DNA from: Eledone cirrhosa
Lineage: Eukaryota
NCBI GenBank assembly: GCA_964016885.1
Contig: OZ024741.1
Coordinates: forward strand, 270,382,001-270,446,000
Direction: 5' to 3'
Length of the DNA stretch: 64,000 bases
The notes below the pieces were generated by a model that worked only from the letters and a program-made list of their open reading frames with translations, was not told the DNA's origin and ran no database searches. Of the stretch, positions 25,977 through 38,249 are shown piece by piece. A program made the translations under genes and the position numbers. The stretch's first letter is position 1; each line of letters opens with the position of its first letter.

Positions 25977-26896
25977 ATGCCTCACATTGGTCTTCCTCTG
26001 GATATTTGTTATGGTTCTTTGTCTTTGTTTACCACAATTCTTCACAACATTTTCCTGCTCTACCATGTTGACATGTTCGTGTCGTTTTACAAAATCGACA
26101 AGCTTTCCTTTTGGATCGGGGAATCCATATTCCTTGTGTGGAACTCTTTCAATGACCCACTTTTTGGTTGGCTTAGTGACCGGCACTATCTCTCACCACA
26201 AACACCATCTACTTTCAAGGGCAACGAATCTTACTCAAAAAGCAATATAGGCACATCATCATCACCATTATTGTCATCATCATCACCACCATTATCATCA
26301 TCATCATCATCATCCAAAGAAGAGAATCTTTACACATACAACAAATCCAAATACAGTGAAACGTCCTCTCCCTTCAGTTACGTCAACTACAATAAAATCA
26401 ACAATCGACGAGGCAGTCAGGAACTGCCACAGCTTCAATCCACTTCTATTAGTACTTCTATTATTTCACACCGCCTCGACTCACTTGCCTGGAATGGACC
26501 TATGTTGGCAGTTTCTTTTGCCCTCTTCTGGATATCATGGCTGTCACCTGGATTGCAATTTGTAATTTGCCTCTGTCTCTATGACAGCTTTTTAACATCA
26601 GTTGACCTCCAACACAACGCTCTGTTAGCCGACCTTGCTATATCAGCTGACGTACGGACACGACTTAATGCATGCAGTGCAGTCTTCAGTGCCTTTGGCT
26701 CAGTCTCTGTCTTTGTATCTTATGCTGTTTGGCACCGAGAAAACCTTGTGTCATTCCGTGCCTTTTGTTTGTTTCTATCTGTCCTGTCTATTTTAGGGTT
26801 CTATTTTTGCACCCGTCTTCTCAGAACTGCAGCCATTCCTCCCTCTTCAAAGAATCCAACCCCAACTATAAAAAATACACAATCAAAACTTTCCAG
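25977..26896 (+). CDS. MFSD13A: MFSD13A/TMEM180 (MFS-type membrane protein), coding exon 1; exon probably starts at acceptor 25725
   Basis: Translation [58 protein letters not shown]...[23 protein letters not shown] matches the TMEM180 N-half as I recall it. ATG at 25977; donor ccag|gtat after 26896 (phase 2); polypyrimidine acceptor tttttttctttcag ends at 25724. Confidence 0.93.
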
Positions 26897-26971
26897 GTAT
26901 ATATTCTCTATTACTCTATCACGTATTCCAGCCAACAAGCTAAGGCCAGGCTGGGGCACTGCCATTATATA

Positions 26972-27196
26972 TAGGGTGTCCCTCCAAAAATGTATACATA
27001 CTTCAACAGCAAAAATATGCATTAACATAAATTCTGTTTTATATGCTTTATTTAAATTATGTAAACATTTTTGGTTGTTTGCATACAATTGAATTATGTC
27101 TGTAGATTATTTTATTTTGGGGAAAGGCTGTGCATTCTAATAAATATTTCCTGTACAGGTAATCAAAGTGTGTATACATTTTTGGGGGACACCCTG
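26972..27196. mobile_element. Tc1-derived MITE
   Basis: TIR agggtgtccc..caaaaatgtataca / tgtatacatttttgggggacaccctg with TA flanks; TIRs match those of 44031-45238. Confidence 0.8.
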
Positions 27197-27521
27197 TATA
27201 TATTTTTTGTTTTGTTTTGTATGTTGTATTTTGTAACTATTACTCCACTTCAACTCATTATTGGATAGTTCCAGTACCATAGAATTATTCTTACAAGAAG
27301 AAATTGCTAGCCACGTGCTCATTCTTTTTCCATTTCTGGAAACAAAAGCGGGGAGCTGTGAGTGATTTCCCCAGCCCCTTCTCATGTTACAGAGTATCAA
27401 CTCCCAAGAAAGAGAGAAAGTGGAATTGATGGAATACATTTGATATTTTGTCAATGAAGGATCCTGCTCAATGAATTAGAATTCTCTTCCCAAGGCAAAC
27501 AAACATCATTTTGCAAGTTTA

Positions 27522-27990
27522 TTTAACCCTTTCATTACCATATTTCTAATGAAAGACACTGTCTATGTCATTAACCCTTCCACTACCATATTTCTAATGA
27601 AATACACTGTTATTAACCCTTTCATTACCATATTTCTAATGAAAGACACTGTCTATGTCATTAACCTTTTCCTTACCATATTTCTAATGAAATATACTGT
27701 CTATGTCATTAACTTTTCATTACCATATTTCTAATGAAAGACACTGTCTATGTCATTAACCATTCCAACACCATATTTCTAATGAAATACACTGTCATTA
27801 ACCCTTTTACTACCATATTTCTAATGAAAGACACTGTCTATGTCATTAACCCTTTCATTACCATATTTTTAATGAAGTACACTGTCTATGTCATTAACCC
27901 TTTTACTACCACATTTCTAATGAAAGGCACTGTCTATGTCATTAACCCTTTCACTACCATATTTCTAATGAAATACACTGCCTATGTGTT
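27522..27990. repeat. 48/42-bp minisatellite built from a TTAA-CCCTTT MITE terminus
   Basis: About 10 units of ttaaccctttcattaccatatttctaatgaaagacactgtctatgtca. Confidence 0.85.
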
Positions 27991-28248
27991 TCAATTAATT
28001 TTGAAAAATATCCAAACATTTGGAGCAATTTAATAAAATAACTTAAGTTTTTGAAAAATAAAATTATGATTAACGGTTTTTGTATAAGGATAAATACTTT
28101 TAAATGAATATTTTTGTATCATAAAAAGATACTAAATAATATCACAGAAGACAGACGACAGAAGCAGGAGATGAAGACATTGAAAAATATATATCTTTCA
28201 TTTCACAATTAAATTCCAGTACTTTTTCAGTAATCTATATTATAAAAG

Positions 28249-28575
28249 GAAGGTGTGTGTGGCTTTGTGGTTAGGGTATTCGGTTCACAATCGTAAGGTT
28301 GTGAGTTTGATTCCCGGCAGTGTGTTGTGTCCTTGAGCAAGACACTTTATTTCACGTTGCTCCAGTCCACTCTGCTGGCAAAAATGAGTTGTAGCTGTAA
28401 TTTGAAGGGCCAGCCTTTTCACATTCTGTATTATGCTGAATCTCCCTGGGAACTACATTAAGGGTATGGATGTTTGTTGAATGTTCAACCACTTGCATGT
28501 TAATTTCATGAGCAGGCTGTTTTGTTAATCATATCAACTGGAACACTCGTCATCGTAACCGGCGGAGCGCCATCA
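28249..28575 (+). mobile_element. tRNA-derived CORE-SINE
   Basis: gtggctttgtggttagggtattcgg..gagtttgattccc plus CORE; same family on - strand at 62915-63235. Confidence 0.8.
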
Positions 28576-29619
28576 GATAAAAATCAAGCTGATCTCCATC
28601 TGTCTGTCCGTCACAACATATATGTAGTAGGAGGGGAGGAATCAAAAGGGGAGATAACCCCTGTCACAACATATATGTAGGAGGGAAGAAGAGAAAAAGT
28701 TGTTATTGAGGGAGAAATACAGAGAGAGAGATAGTCACTATAACAGGTTGTTGTGGTGTAGAGAGAAATATAGTGAGAAATATACTTGTTCTGTAGAAAT
28801 GGTTGGTGATAGGTAGGGCTTCCAGCTGTGGAGAGCTTGCCAAGCAAAGGGTCGAGAGAACCCTTCAGTTGTGTCATGGACATGACAGCCTCCTTTACAC
28901 GCTGTAATGTGGTTGGTGATAGGAAGGGCATCCAGGCATAGAAAACTTGCCAAACAAAAAGTCAGGAGGACTCTCAGTTGTGTGAAAGGCATGACAACCT
29001 CTCCTGTGCACTTGGTGGAATGTGAGACCATACATGAGTGAGACATAGATCCCTGACCTGCTTGGGAGATCAGTGACTCCGCTTCAGTACCGACTTGGTC
29101 TATTTAAACCTGTCCAACCCTTGCTAGCGGACATTAAAATAACAATGATGATGTTGTAGAATATGAAACAAAGTATTTAAAATAAATGTTATTGTTCAGC
29201 AGTATTGAAACTGTTATTGATCTTCACCGAGAAAATCAATCTAAATATTATTTGAACAAACATTGTTGTCTCGAGACAAAGCAAGAATATACTTGAATTC
29301 ATAGAAAAATGAGAAAACTCATCGCTAGAACAGCCATTAAAACAGCCAAATGCTGTCAGTGACAGCGATGGGCAAAAATGCCTCAAAGAACAGAGATTGT
29401 CTCTGCCGACCACCAGCCACTGATCTCTGTCCTCTGAGGAATTTTTGCTCATTGCTCTCATTGACAGTATTTTTTTTTAACAATTTATGAAGGTACATAC
29501 AGGTTTCACAAATATTTCTACTGGCAGCGTAGCAATGGGTTTTTACTAGTTATCAAAAATATTCCAAGATTCACATATATAGCATATTGGAATATTTATA
29601 AATAACTAGTAATGACTGA

Positions 29620-30095
29620 AACAATACGATCGCAAATACAAGTGGCTGAAATGGGGTTCCTCCGAAAAGTCTTTGGAGTAACGTTACTTGATAGAATACA
29701 TAGTTCGGGGATCAGAGAGTCACTCCAGGTAGAGCTGCTACTTCTCCGAATTGAGAGATTACAGCTCTAATACTATGGACATGTGGTTAGAATGTCTCAG
29801 GAAAGAATCGTTGGACAGATTTGTAGCTCGGAGATCAGAGAGTCACTCCAGGTAGAGCTTCTACTTCACTGAACTGAGAGATTACAGCTCTAATACTATG
29901 GACATGTGGTTAGAATGTCTCAGGAAAGAATCACTGGGCAAAACCAACCAGCAGGAGACCCAGAGGTAAAACCAAGCAAAATGGTTAAATAACATCCATG
30001 AGCTTGGAGACAGTAGCCTCTGACAGGACCCACTAGAGGGAATTTTTTAGGACTCTTCCGCCACAACCCTCTCAGGAATAAGTGGGCGAAAAACA
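29620..30095 (+). mobile_element. RTE LINE 3' remnant with an internal tandem duplication of about 120 bp
   Basis: IQVAEMGFLRKV..YYGHVVRMSQER appears twice (about 29700 and 29825). Confidence 0.7.
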
Positions 30096-30187
30096 AGATC
30101 TATAAATATTTTGCTATAACATATAACACTATCTTCCTCCTTATTTCTCTTGTCAAAACATTACCAATTCTTCATTGTTGTTTACAG

Positions 30188-30314
30188 TTCCCTCAACTAT
30201 CTCCGGCATTTTGGTTCTTGTTCTAAAAGCTCCACAGATGACCTGAAGAATTATGTCCGACAGTTATCTACACATAAAAACTTCAAATGGTTTGCTCTCA
30301 TGAATCTGATCCAG
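30188..30314 (+). CDS. MFSD13A: MFSD13A coding exon 2
   Basis: tttacag| ... |gtaagg; phase 2 to 0; encodes YVRQLSTHKNFKWFALMNLIQ (TMEM180 [21 protein letters not shown]-like). Confidence 0.9.
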
Positions 30315-30742
30315 GTAAGGATAACTAGCATTGTGGTGTGGGTGGGTGAGGTGGGGTTGTGGTGTGTGGCAGGGTTGTGGTGTGGGTGTGTGAGGCAGGG
30401 TTGTGTGTGTGTGGCGGGGTTGTGGTGTGTGTGTGGCAGAGTTGTGGTGTGTGTGCATGCATGTTTGTGTGGTGTGTGTATGGAATGTGTGTGTTAGGTG
30501 CATGTAGTGTGTGTGGTATGTATGTTAAGTGTGTATGGTGTGTGTGTGTTAGGTGTGTGTGTCTTCAAGATATGTAAAATAAGCTCTATTTTATAATGGT
30601 TCAAGAAAGAAAAGAAAAAGAAGGAAATCCTAAATTTGTGATGACTTACTCCCAGGTTTTGAATAATTGTGCCACTCCCCGTTTTTTCAGATTTTTTCAC
30701 CCCTTCCTCCACTGCTTATTAAATTTTACTAATCTATCTGTA

Positions 30743-31290
30743 CATGACCACTTTACAGTGAGTACTGGGTGCTTTTTGTCATGACACCTGCATGACCACT
30801 TTACAGTGAGTACTGGGTGTTTTTTGTCATGACACCTACATGACCACTTTACAGTGAGTACTGGGTGTTTTTTGTCATGACACCTACATGACCACTTTAC
30901 AGTGAGTACTGGGTGCTTTTTGTCGCGACACCTACATGACCACTTTACAGTGAGTACTGGGTGCTCTTTATCATGACACCTACATGACCACTTTACAGTG
31001 AGTACTGGGTGCTCTTTATCATGACACCTACATGACCACTTTACAGTGAGTACTGGGTGCTTTTTGTTGCGACACCTACATGACCACTTTACAGTGAGTA
31101 CTGGGTGCTCTTTATCATGACACCTACATGACCACTTTACAGTGAGTACTGGGTGCTTTTTGTCATGACACCTACATGACCACTTTACAGTGAGTACTGG
31201 GTGCTTTTTGTCGCGACACCTACATGGCCACTTTACAGTGAGTACTGGGTGCTTTTTGTCGCGACACCTACATGACCACGTTACAGTGAG
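30743..31290. repeat. 48-bp minisatellite (about 11.5 units) derived from the RTE 3'UTR
   Basis: Unit catgaccactttacagtgagtactgggtgctttttgtcatgacaccta. Confidence 0.92.
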
Positions 31291-31428
31291 TTCCATAGAC
31301 AATCATCCTCTACAAAAACCTAACTAATGTACAATATAGAAACCAACATTACCACAAATGCAGCACGACCCCCCCCCCCTCTTCACCCCTCTCCCTCAGA
31401 TTTGATCTCTTCTTTATCTCTATTGCAG

Positions 31429-31522
31429 GTCTTCCATTGTCACTTCAACAGCAACTTCTTTCCATTGTTTCTGGATGTCTTATTAGGTGGAAATGGGAAT
31501 TCACTTGGAGCCATCCTACTTG
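31429..31522 (+). CDS. MFSD13A: MFSD13A coding exon 3
   Basis: ttgcag| ... |gtatgt; phase 0 to 1; encodes the family motif [15 protein letters not shown]. Confidence 0.93.
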
Positions 31523-31989
31523 GTATGTCTCTAACAACTATCATCAATAAAATGTCTTTAGATACACCACCTTCATCATCATCACCACCACCACCACTAC
31601 TATCATCACCATTATCATCATCCTCATCAATATGACCATCCTCACCACCACCATAATCATCATTACCATCATCATCATATTATCACCACCACCATCATCA
31701 TCATCATTATCATCATCATCACTACCATCACCACCATTATCATCATCATAATCACTACCATCATCATCACCATCATTATCATCATCATCATCATATCATT
31801 ATCATCATCACCATCATGATCATCGTTGTTTCATGTCTATTTTCCATGTCTTGCTCATAAGGAACTGTTTCTGGTTTGTTTTCTACGGCTGGATGCCCTT
31901 TCTAATGCCAACTGCATTACCACATGGGCTGGGTGCTTTTTGTCATGTCACCAGCACAATCACTTTATAGAATGGACTGGTTGATTTTT

Positions 31990-32362
31990 GTTGTGTTACC
32001 AGCGCAACTACTTTACAGAGAAGACTGGGTGGTTTTTGTTGTCACCAGCACAACCACTTTACAGAGAGTACTGGGTGTTTTTGTTGTCACCAGCACAACC
32101 ACTTTACAGAGAGGACTGGGTGGTTTTTGTTGTCACCAGCACAACCACTTTACAGAGAGGACTGGGTGGTTTTTGTTGTCACCAGCACAACCACTTTACA
32201 GAGAGTACTGGGTGTTTTTGTTGTCACCAGCACAACCACTTTACAGAGAGGACTGGGTGGTTTTTGTTGTCACCAGCACAACCATTTTACAGAGATGACT
32301 GGGTGGTTTTTGTTGTCACCAGCACAACCATTTTACAGAGAGTACTGGGTGGTTTTTGTTGT
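31990..32362. repeat. About 46-bp minisatellite (about 8 units) derived from an RTE 3'UTR
   Basis: Unit caaccactttacagagaggactgggtggtttttgttgtcaccagca, following a ggatgcccttt RTE tail motif at about 31890. Confidence 0.9.
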
Positions 32363-32668
32363 GTTACCTTAATGAATTTGATTGGTTCCTTAAATGTTTT
32401 ATTTCTGAACTAGCTGTGATTTTAATAGCTATAGTTGAGAGATTATGCAATGATGCTGATGGTCATCATCATTTTAATGTATACCTTTTCATGCTGACAT
32501 GGGTAGGATGGGTTTGTAGTACATTATATCACCATTCACATATATGTCATTTATTTATGAAACTTCACACCACCAATGGGGATATTATGTTTTCTCAACT
32601 CTATCTTTGTCTCTTTCTCTTATGGGGGTCTTGCTCTGACTACAGACATGTTTCAGTCTTATTATGAC

Positions 32669-32856
32669 GCGGTGAATTGGCAGTATCGGTAGAGAGTTGG
32701 ATTATGCTTTCCAGCATAGTTACGTCCCTTTACGATCTGAGTTCAATTCCCGCCGAGGTTAACTTTGCCTTTCATCCTTACGGGGTCGATAAAATAAAGT
32801 ACCAGTAATGTACTGGGATAATTGCTGGCCTTGTGCCAAAAAGTAGAAACAATTAT
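32669..32856 (+). mobile_element. tRNA-derived SINE with Meta/MESC-like domain
   Basis: gagttcaattccc B box plus gcctttcatccttacggggtcgataaaataaagtaccag. Copies at about 7349, 10420, 22960, 33666, 34600 (+) and 59215, 59440 (-). Confidence 0.8.
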
Positions 32857-33894
32857 GACTTCATCAGTGAAGCATAAACTTTATCATTTTTGCTAAAGTA
32901 GTGATGAGATAATTCCGAAGTAAAAGTTAAAAAATGTAGTTGTTGGTATAGAAAAATAGAATTGCTTAGAGAAGACATTAGGGATGCTCTCTGCAGTTAA
33001 AACAATAGTTAAGGTGTTAATGTACAGGGAGCATTAGTGGTAAGAAACTCTCAGGAGAGCTGGACAGCAGAAGGTCTTCAGAGAAGAACCCTCCCCTCAA
33101 GTGAGTGTTTCGGCCCCTTAACAATAAAGTTTCTGTTAATGTGCAGGGAGCATTAGATAAATTAATTAGATATAATTATGGGGTTAGAAAAATACAATGT
33201 TAGTGAATGACTAAATAATGTTTTAATTATTTTGTCAAATTATGAGAGACAACTTGAACATGTCTTATTGCCTCCTCAGCAAACCATAGATTTTAGGTTG
33301 TAGGTTCCAGCTTTTCTCCAAACATTATTATCTGTTCTAAGCCGAAGGCTCATCAGGCCAGTGCTTATCCTCAGTTTCCTTGGTGTTAAGCGACTGAGAA
33401 TAGAAAACTCTCCTTGGGTAGGACGCTGGTCTATCACAGGATTAAACTTTCCAGCTACTGGTGGTACTCACTCTCAGCTGAGTGTACTGGAGCAAAGTAA
33501 AATAAAGTGTTTTGCTCAAGAACACAACACAGAAGCCTGTCCAGGAATTGAACCAATCAACACTACACCTGATATTTCCCCTCCATACACACGCACACAT
33601 GTATCTGTATATTTCATGACTCATACACTGTTTACATTCCTGACATTTGTACATTATTCTATGTAGAGGGTCGGACGCCATGCTTTCCAGCATAGTTATG
33701 TCCCTTTACGATCTGAGTTCAAATCCCGCCGAGGTTGACTTTGCTTTTCATCCTTACGGGGTCGATAAAATAAAGTACCAGTAATGCACTGGGTAATTGC
33801 TGGCCTTGTGCCTAAAGTAGAAACAATTATTCTATGTACTACATACACCTTTGATGAGTTGTAGTGCACTTGAGCACTGTACACAATAACTTCA

Positions 33895-34320
33895 TTATTA
33901 TTATTATCATTATATTTATTGCGCATTATTACTGCTTTACCAAGCACAGCACTGTGTGCCTAGAGTATGAGCAGTCTAGTATTTGCTGATGTTGTTTCTA
34001 TTGTATTGATAGTACTTTTCATAATATGTGTGCAGTGCCTAGTAGTGATATCTTTAATATGCTGTATATATATGTAAGTCCTAGGGTTTTGGCTATGTAT
34101 TTGTCTGTGTGTTTTTTTATCATTCCTAGAGCACCTATTGTTATAGGTAATGTTTCTGTTTTCATTTTCCACATTCGAGTTATTTCTATCTCTAGATCTT
34201 TATGGTTGGAGAGTTTCTCTATTTCCTTGGAAGATATATTGTCATCTGTGGGGATAGATACATCTATTAGAAGGCATTTTTTTCTTTGTGCTTTTTGACT
34301 ATAATATCTGGTAGGTTATT
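33895..34320 (-). mobile_element. R4/Dong-clade LINE 3' fragment (restriction-like endonuclease), inserted in (TAA)n
   Basis: Manual translation LPDIIVKKHKEKKCLLIDVSIPTDDNISSKEIEKLSNHKDLEIEITRMWKMKTETLPITIGALG (PD..D..K RLE motif); TAA repeats on both sides. Confidence 0.85.
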
Positions 34321-34330
34321 ATTATTATTG

Positions 34331-34590
34331 TGGAGGCACGTGACCTAGTGGTAAGGGTGTTCGACTTACGATCATAATGTCGTGGGTTCAATTCTTGGGT
34401 TGCGTGTTGTGTTCTTGAGCAAAACACTTCATTTCATGTTGCTCCAGTATACTTAGCTGAAAATGAGTACCAGCAATAGCTGGGGGCGTTTAACCCTGCG
34501 ATGGACTGGTGCCCTGTTTAGGGGAGGAGTCTTGTACTCTCAGTCACTACACACCAGAAATGAGCCTTCTGGCTTAAGACAGACTTTAGA
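34331..34590 (+). mobile_element. CORE-SINE
   Basis: Same family as 1872-2150. Confidence 0.75.
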
Positions 34591-34854
34591 CTTTTTAGGA
34601 TTGGCAGTATCAGTAGAGTATCAGACACCATGCTTTGCAGCATAGGAGTTATAGCCCTTTATGTTCTGAGTTCAAATCCCACCAGGTTAACTTTGCCTTT
34701 CATCTTTACAGGGTCGATAAAATAAAGTACCAGTAATACACTGGGATAATTGCTGGCCTTGTGCCAAAGGTAGAAACAATTATTATGATTGTACAACAAG
34801 CATTCAAACCATTAAGCCATGCACCTTCACATTGCTGTGGTGTTTATTTTTCAG

Positions 34855-35026
34855 GTATCTCTTTTGTGTTCCCACATATCAACAACATCTATTTCCTCAC
34901 ACTCTGTCGACGCTATGGAGTCTACAAAGTAGTTCTCCTTATGTTTGTTATGAAGTTTCTATTGACTATCATCATGTGCGGCATCGGTTCCAATTGTATC
35001 TGGGCTATTTGTATCTATATTGCAAG
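34855..35026 (+). CDS. MFSD13A: MFSD13A coding exon 4
   Basis: tttttcag| ... |gtaagt; phase 1 to 2; encodes ISFVFPHINNIYFLTLCRRYGVYKVV...CIYIA. Confidence 0.93.
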
Positions 35027-35755
35027 GTAAGTTCTGAAAAATCTCTCCTCCATTACTCTTGCTTGTATGTGTGTATGACCCTCTGACTTTCTCTCTCTCT
35101 TTGACTCTCTCTCTCTCTAACTCTCTCTCTCTCTAACTCTCTCTCTCTCTCTCTCTAACTCTATCTCTCTCTGAAATTTTCGTTCAACAAAAGTCTTTGA
35201 AATACTAGTGACTTTTTCCCCCAATTGTTTCCTCAAAATACATGTGTGTATACATCATTATTTAACATCCATTTTTCCTGCTAATAAGAATTTGAAGGAT
35301 CTTCACAGACAGTCAGTACTCAGACGGGGTTGCTAACCTCTCAGATGGGCTGGGTGGCCTGCATTTCGCTTACACACACACACATGCATATGTATGTGTG
35401 CGTGTTATATTTTTACTGGACCTCTGCCTTCAAAGGTTTTTTTTAGTCAGTTATTTTGAATCCAGTACTTACTCAAGATCTCTGTTTATTGCATAACTAA
35501 ATAGCGAGTTACCTCCCTTTAGAAATGTGTATACTGTGTTATCTATATCAGTATATGTACATACACACGCACATATATGTATGTGTCTGTGTATATATAC
35601 AGTAAGTCCCTAACTTACGAACAAGTTACGTTCTAAGAGGCCGTTCATTGGTTTATTTGTTTGTAAGTTGATTGTCTAACACAGTACGTACCAGTATGCC
35701 CATATATGTTACATTGATACAGTTGGTTTCCATATGAGTGATATATATATATATA

Positions 35756-37214
35756 CAGTGACGTAGCTAGGGTGTGGCAAGCAGGACACATGCCACGGGC
35801 GCCATATTTAGGGGGGCGCAATTTCGACCTAGATCGATTTACATCCATGTAGTTTTTATCATTTTTAAAAATATAAGCCAAAAATGAAGCATGTGATTTC
35901 TTGATAGCCGACTTCCACGCCATGTCTAGTGCACTAGACAGAGCAGATGTCTGATTTGACTTCACAAAAATGCCCCCCCCCCCCCCCCTTCACACTGACA
36001 GCAGGGTGGGTTGTAATTATGCGGGCGCTATTTTTAGCTATGCATTGCAAAACAGCGGATACCTCACTTGACCTCACAAAACCGCAGTGGGGTCAGCAGA
36101 GAATGAGAGAGAAGAATAATTTGATTCACTTCGTTAATTGCGATAACCATTCACTTAATCTGGCTGGTCTTCATGCAGCCAAAAACGATTCTGATATGAT
36201 GAACTTTTTCAGTTACATTGACTCGTTATACAACTTTTTTTCTCGTTCAACACGACGATGAGAAGCCCTTAAAGAAGTTGCTCCAGTGGTTGTTAAATAT
36301 CCTTCCAACACGCGGTGGAGTGCTAGATGTATTGCAGTCAGACCGGTGGCGATTTATTTGACTGATTGTTCAAGTTCTCGAAAAAATTAGTGATGATGAA
36401 ACAGAGACATGCGAGAGTAGAAGTGATGCCAGTAGTCTCCATAATCGGATACTGAGTTCTGAACTTGATTGGATTCTGGAACACGATTCTCTCACGAATT
36501 GACCGGGTTCAAAAGAGACTTCAAGATCCAAGAATGAATTTTCACGATGCTGCAACTGATATAGGAGCCCTTCAACTTTATTTTAAAGAAGAAGGAACAT
36601 CCTTAATCCACGAGTCTCTTGAAATGGGCTTCGACCTCTGCCAGAAATGGAATGTCGATTTTCCGAGGAGGCGAGGAAGACGACAAACCAATACCGAAAT
36701 TACTGAGGAAGTCGAGGTGGCTGCCAGAAAAGAGATAGAGAGAGCAATGCAAAGTTCACTCAATCGTCTTCAAACAGAAATGGAAGAACGGTTTATTCGA
36801 CTTAAAGAAACCGAATCAAGTTTTGGCTTTCTTCTTGATGTCAACTATCTGTTTTATTTGGCTGCTCCTGATAACCTTGTCCTTAAACACAGGTGCAACA
36901 GTCTTGTGGAACTATACAACTCCGACATCGACGGAGAGCAACTGTACGAGGAAATCTTGGACTGCCGATCTTTGCTGGCTACTAGGACAGCTGACCCAAT
37001 TTTAAAGCCGGAGGCACTTCTCCAGTTCATCATACAATACGGCGATGAATGTGTTTTTCCCAATTTGCGAATCAGCATTCAAATAATGTTGACGATATCT
37101 ATTTCAATTACCAGTTACGAGAGGTCGTTCAGCAAGATGAAGCTAATACATTCGTATTTGCGAACCTCAATTTGATGCTTGCCCTGGGCGCCGTTTACCC
37201 TAGCTACACCACTG
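35756..37214 (+). mobile_element. hAT DNA transposon (Tip100/ZMYM1-like), internally deleted
   Basis: TIR cagtgacgtagctagggt / accctagctacaccactg; FVNCDNHSLNL, NTRWSAR, VFPNLRISIQIMLTISISITSYERSFSKMKLIHSYLRTS (hAT dimerisation domain). Confidence 0.9.
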
Positions 37215-37217
37215 TAT

Positions 37218-38130
37218 ATTTCGTCGACTACTGTTGAGATGATGGATCTCACCCTCATGCCCCAGAATTCCGTGTCCCCCATCGCTGCCCCGACGTTCTG
37301 TCTACTGATTCCCGTATCCCTAGAGATAACGTCAGGGAATGACAGCTTCCTACTCCTAGTCAGGCTGGAGTCAGGCGTCCAGAGCAAGAGAGCGGATATG
37401 ATTTCATTGCTGGCACGGTGACAGTGGCCAGCAAATTGAGCTCTCCGGGATTTTAGAAGGGCAGAGGCTCGAGGGAGTTTGCCATAGATTTTAGACAAGG
37501 TGGGATGTCGTTTCCAGGATAGGTTTTGCACTCTCATTAAGAGGCGGGTATATGTGCCATCCAATCTCCTCTCAAGTTGTGATGTTAGTGTCCAAGTTTC
37601 GGATCCATAAAGTAATATGGGCTTAATGGTTGCTTGGAATATTTCCAGTTTTAGCTTGTTGGTAAGTTGAGATGTCCATATGGCATGCATGTCATTGCAC
37701 GCTGACCATGCCATACCCTTCCTGGTTAGAAAATCTTTTTTGGAGGAGGAGATATATGAGCCAAGATACCTGTAATCTTCCATCTGCTTAAGGGTGGTAC
37801 CATTAAGGGTTCTGATGGGGTAGTTTGGGCTGTTTGCGCATCTGTTCACATACTCAGTCTTGGATTCATTGAGGTACAGTCCAACACAGTTGGACGCTTG
37901 TTCTAATAACTTCAAAAGACTCTCAGCATTTTCCAGTGACCGACTGATCAATGCGATGTCGTCAGCAAAGTCGGTGTCGGTCAAGTATTTTGCTGGGTAG
38001 TGTGAGCTTCTCCTAGGCTGTAGTTGGTATCCCCTATCCTGAATCCTATCCACAGACATGCGCAAAACATAGTCCACAACAATGATAAATAGATACGGAG
38101 CAAGGGTATCGCCCTGTAAAATTCCAGCGA
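37218..38130 (-). mobile_element. RTE-clade LINE (distinct family), 5'-truncated, uninterrupted reading frame
   Basis: GILQGDTLAPYLFIIVVDYVLR, TDFADDIALIS, YRYLGS, LLYGSETW, FAGHCHR. Confidence 0.9.
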
Positions 38131-38204
38131 TATATATACACTATACAGAGGTATATATATATACAGTATATAGAGGTATATATATATATATACACACTAT
38201 ACAG

Positions 38205-38249
<45 letters not shown>

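Noticed and set aside
26897-27092. C-terminal part of the 380-aa ORF at 25950-27092
   Set aside because: Read-through past the splice donor at 26896 into intron and a Tc1 MITE.
28234-29549. Second Helitron-like element (TCTATATTATAAAA...CTAG)
   Set aside because: The termini are suggestive, but the hairpin is decayed and the interior is interrupted by other repeats; not supportable as a feature.
30697-31302. Cys/His-rich 201-aa repeat ORF (CRCHDKKHP)
   Set aside because: Antisense reading of a 48-bp minisatellite derived from the RTE 3'UTR, lying in an intron.
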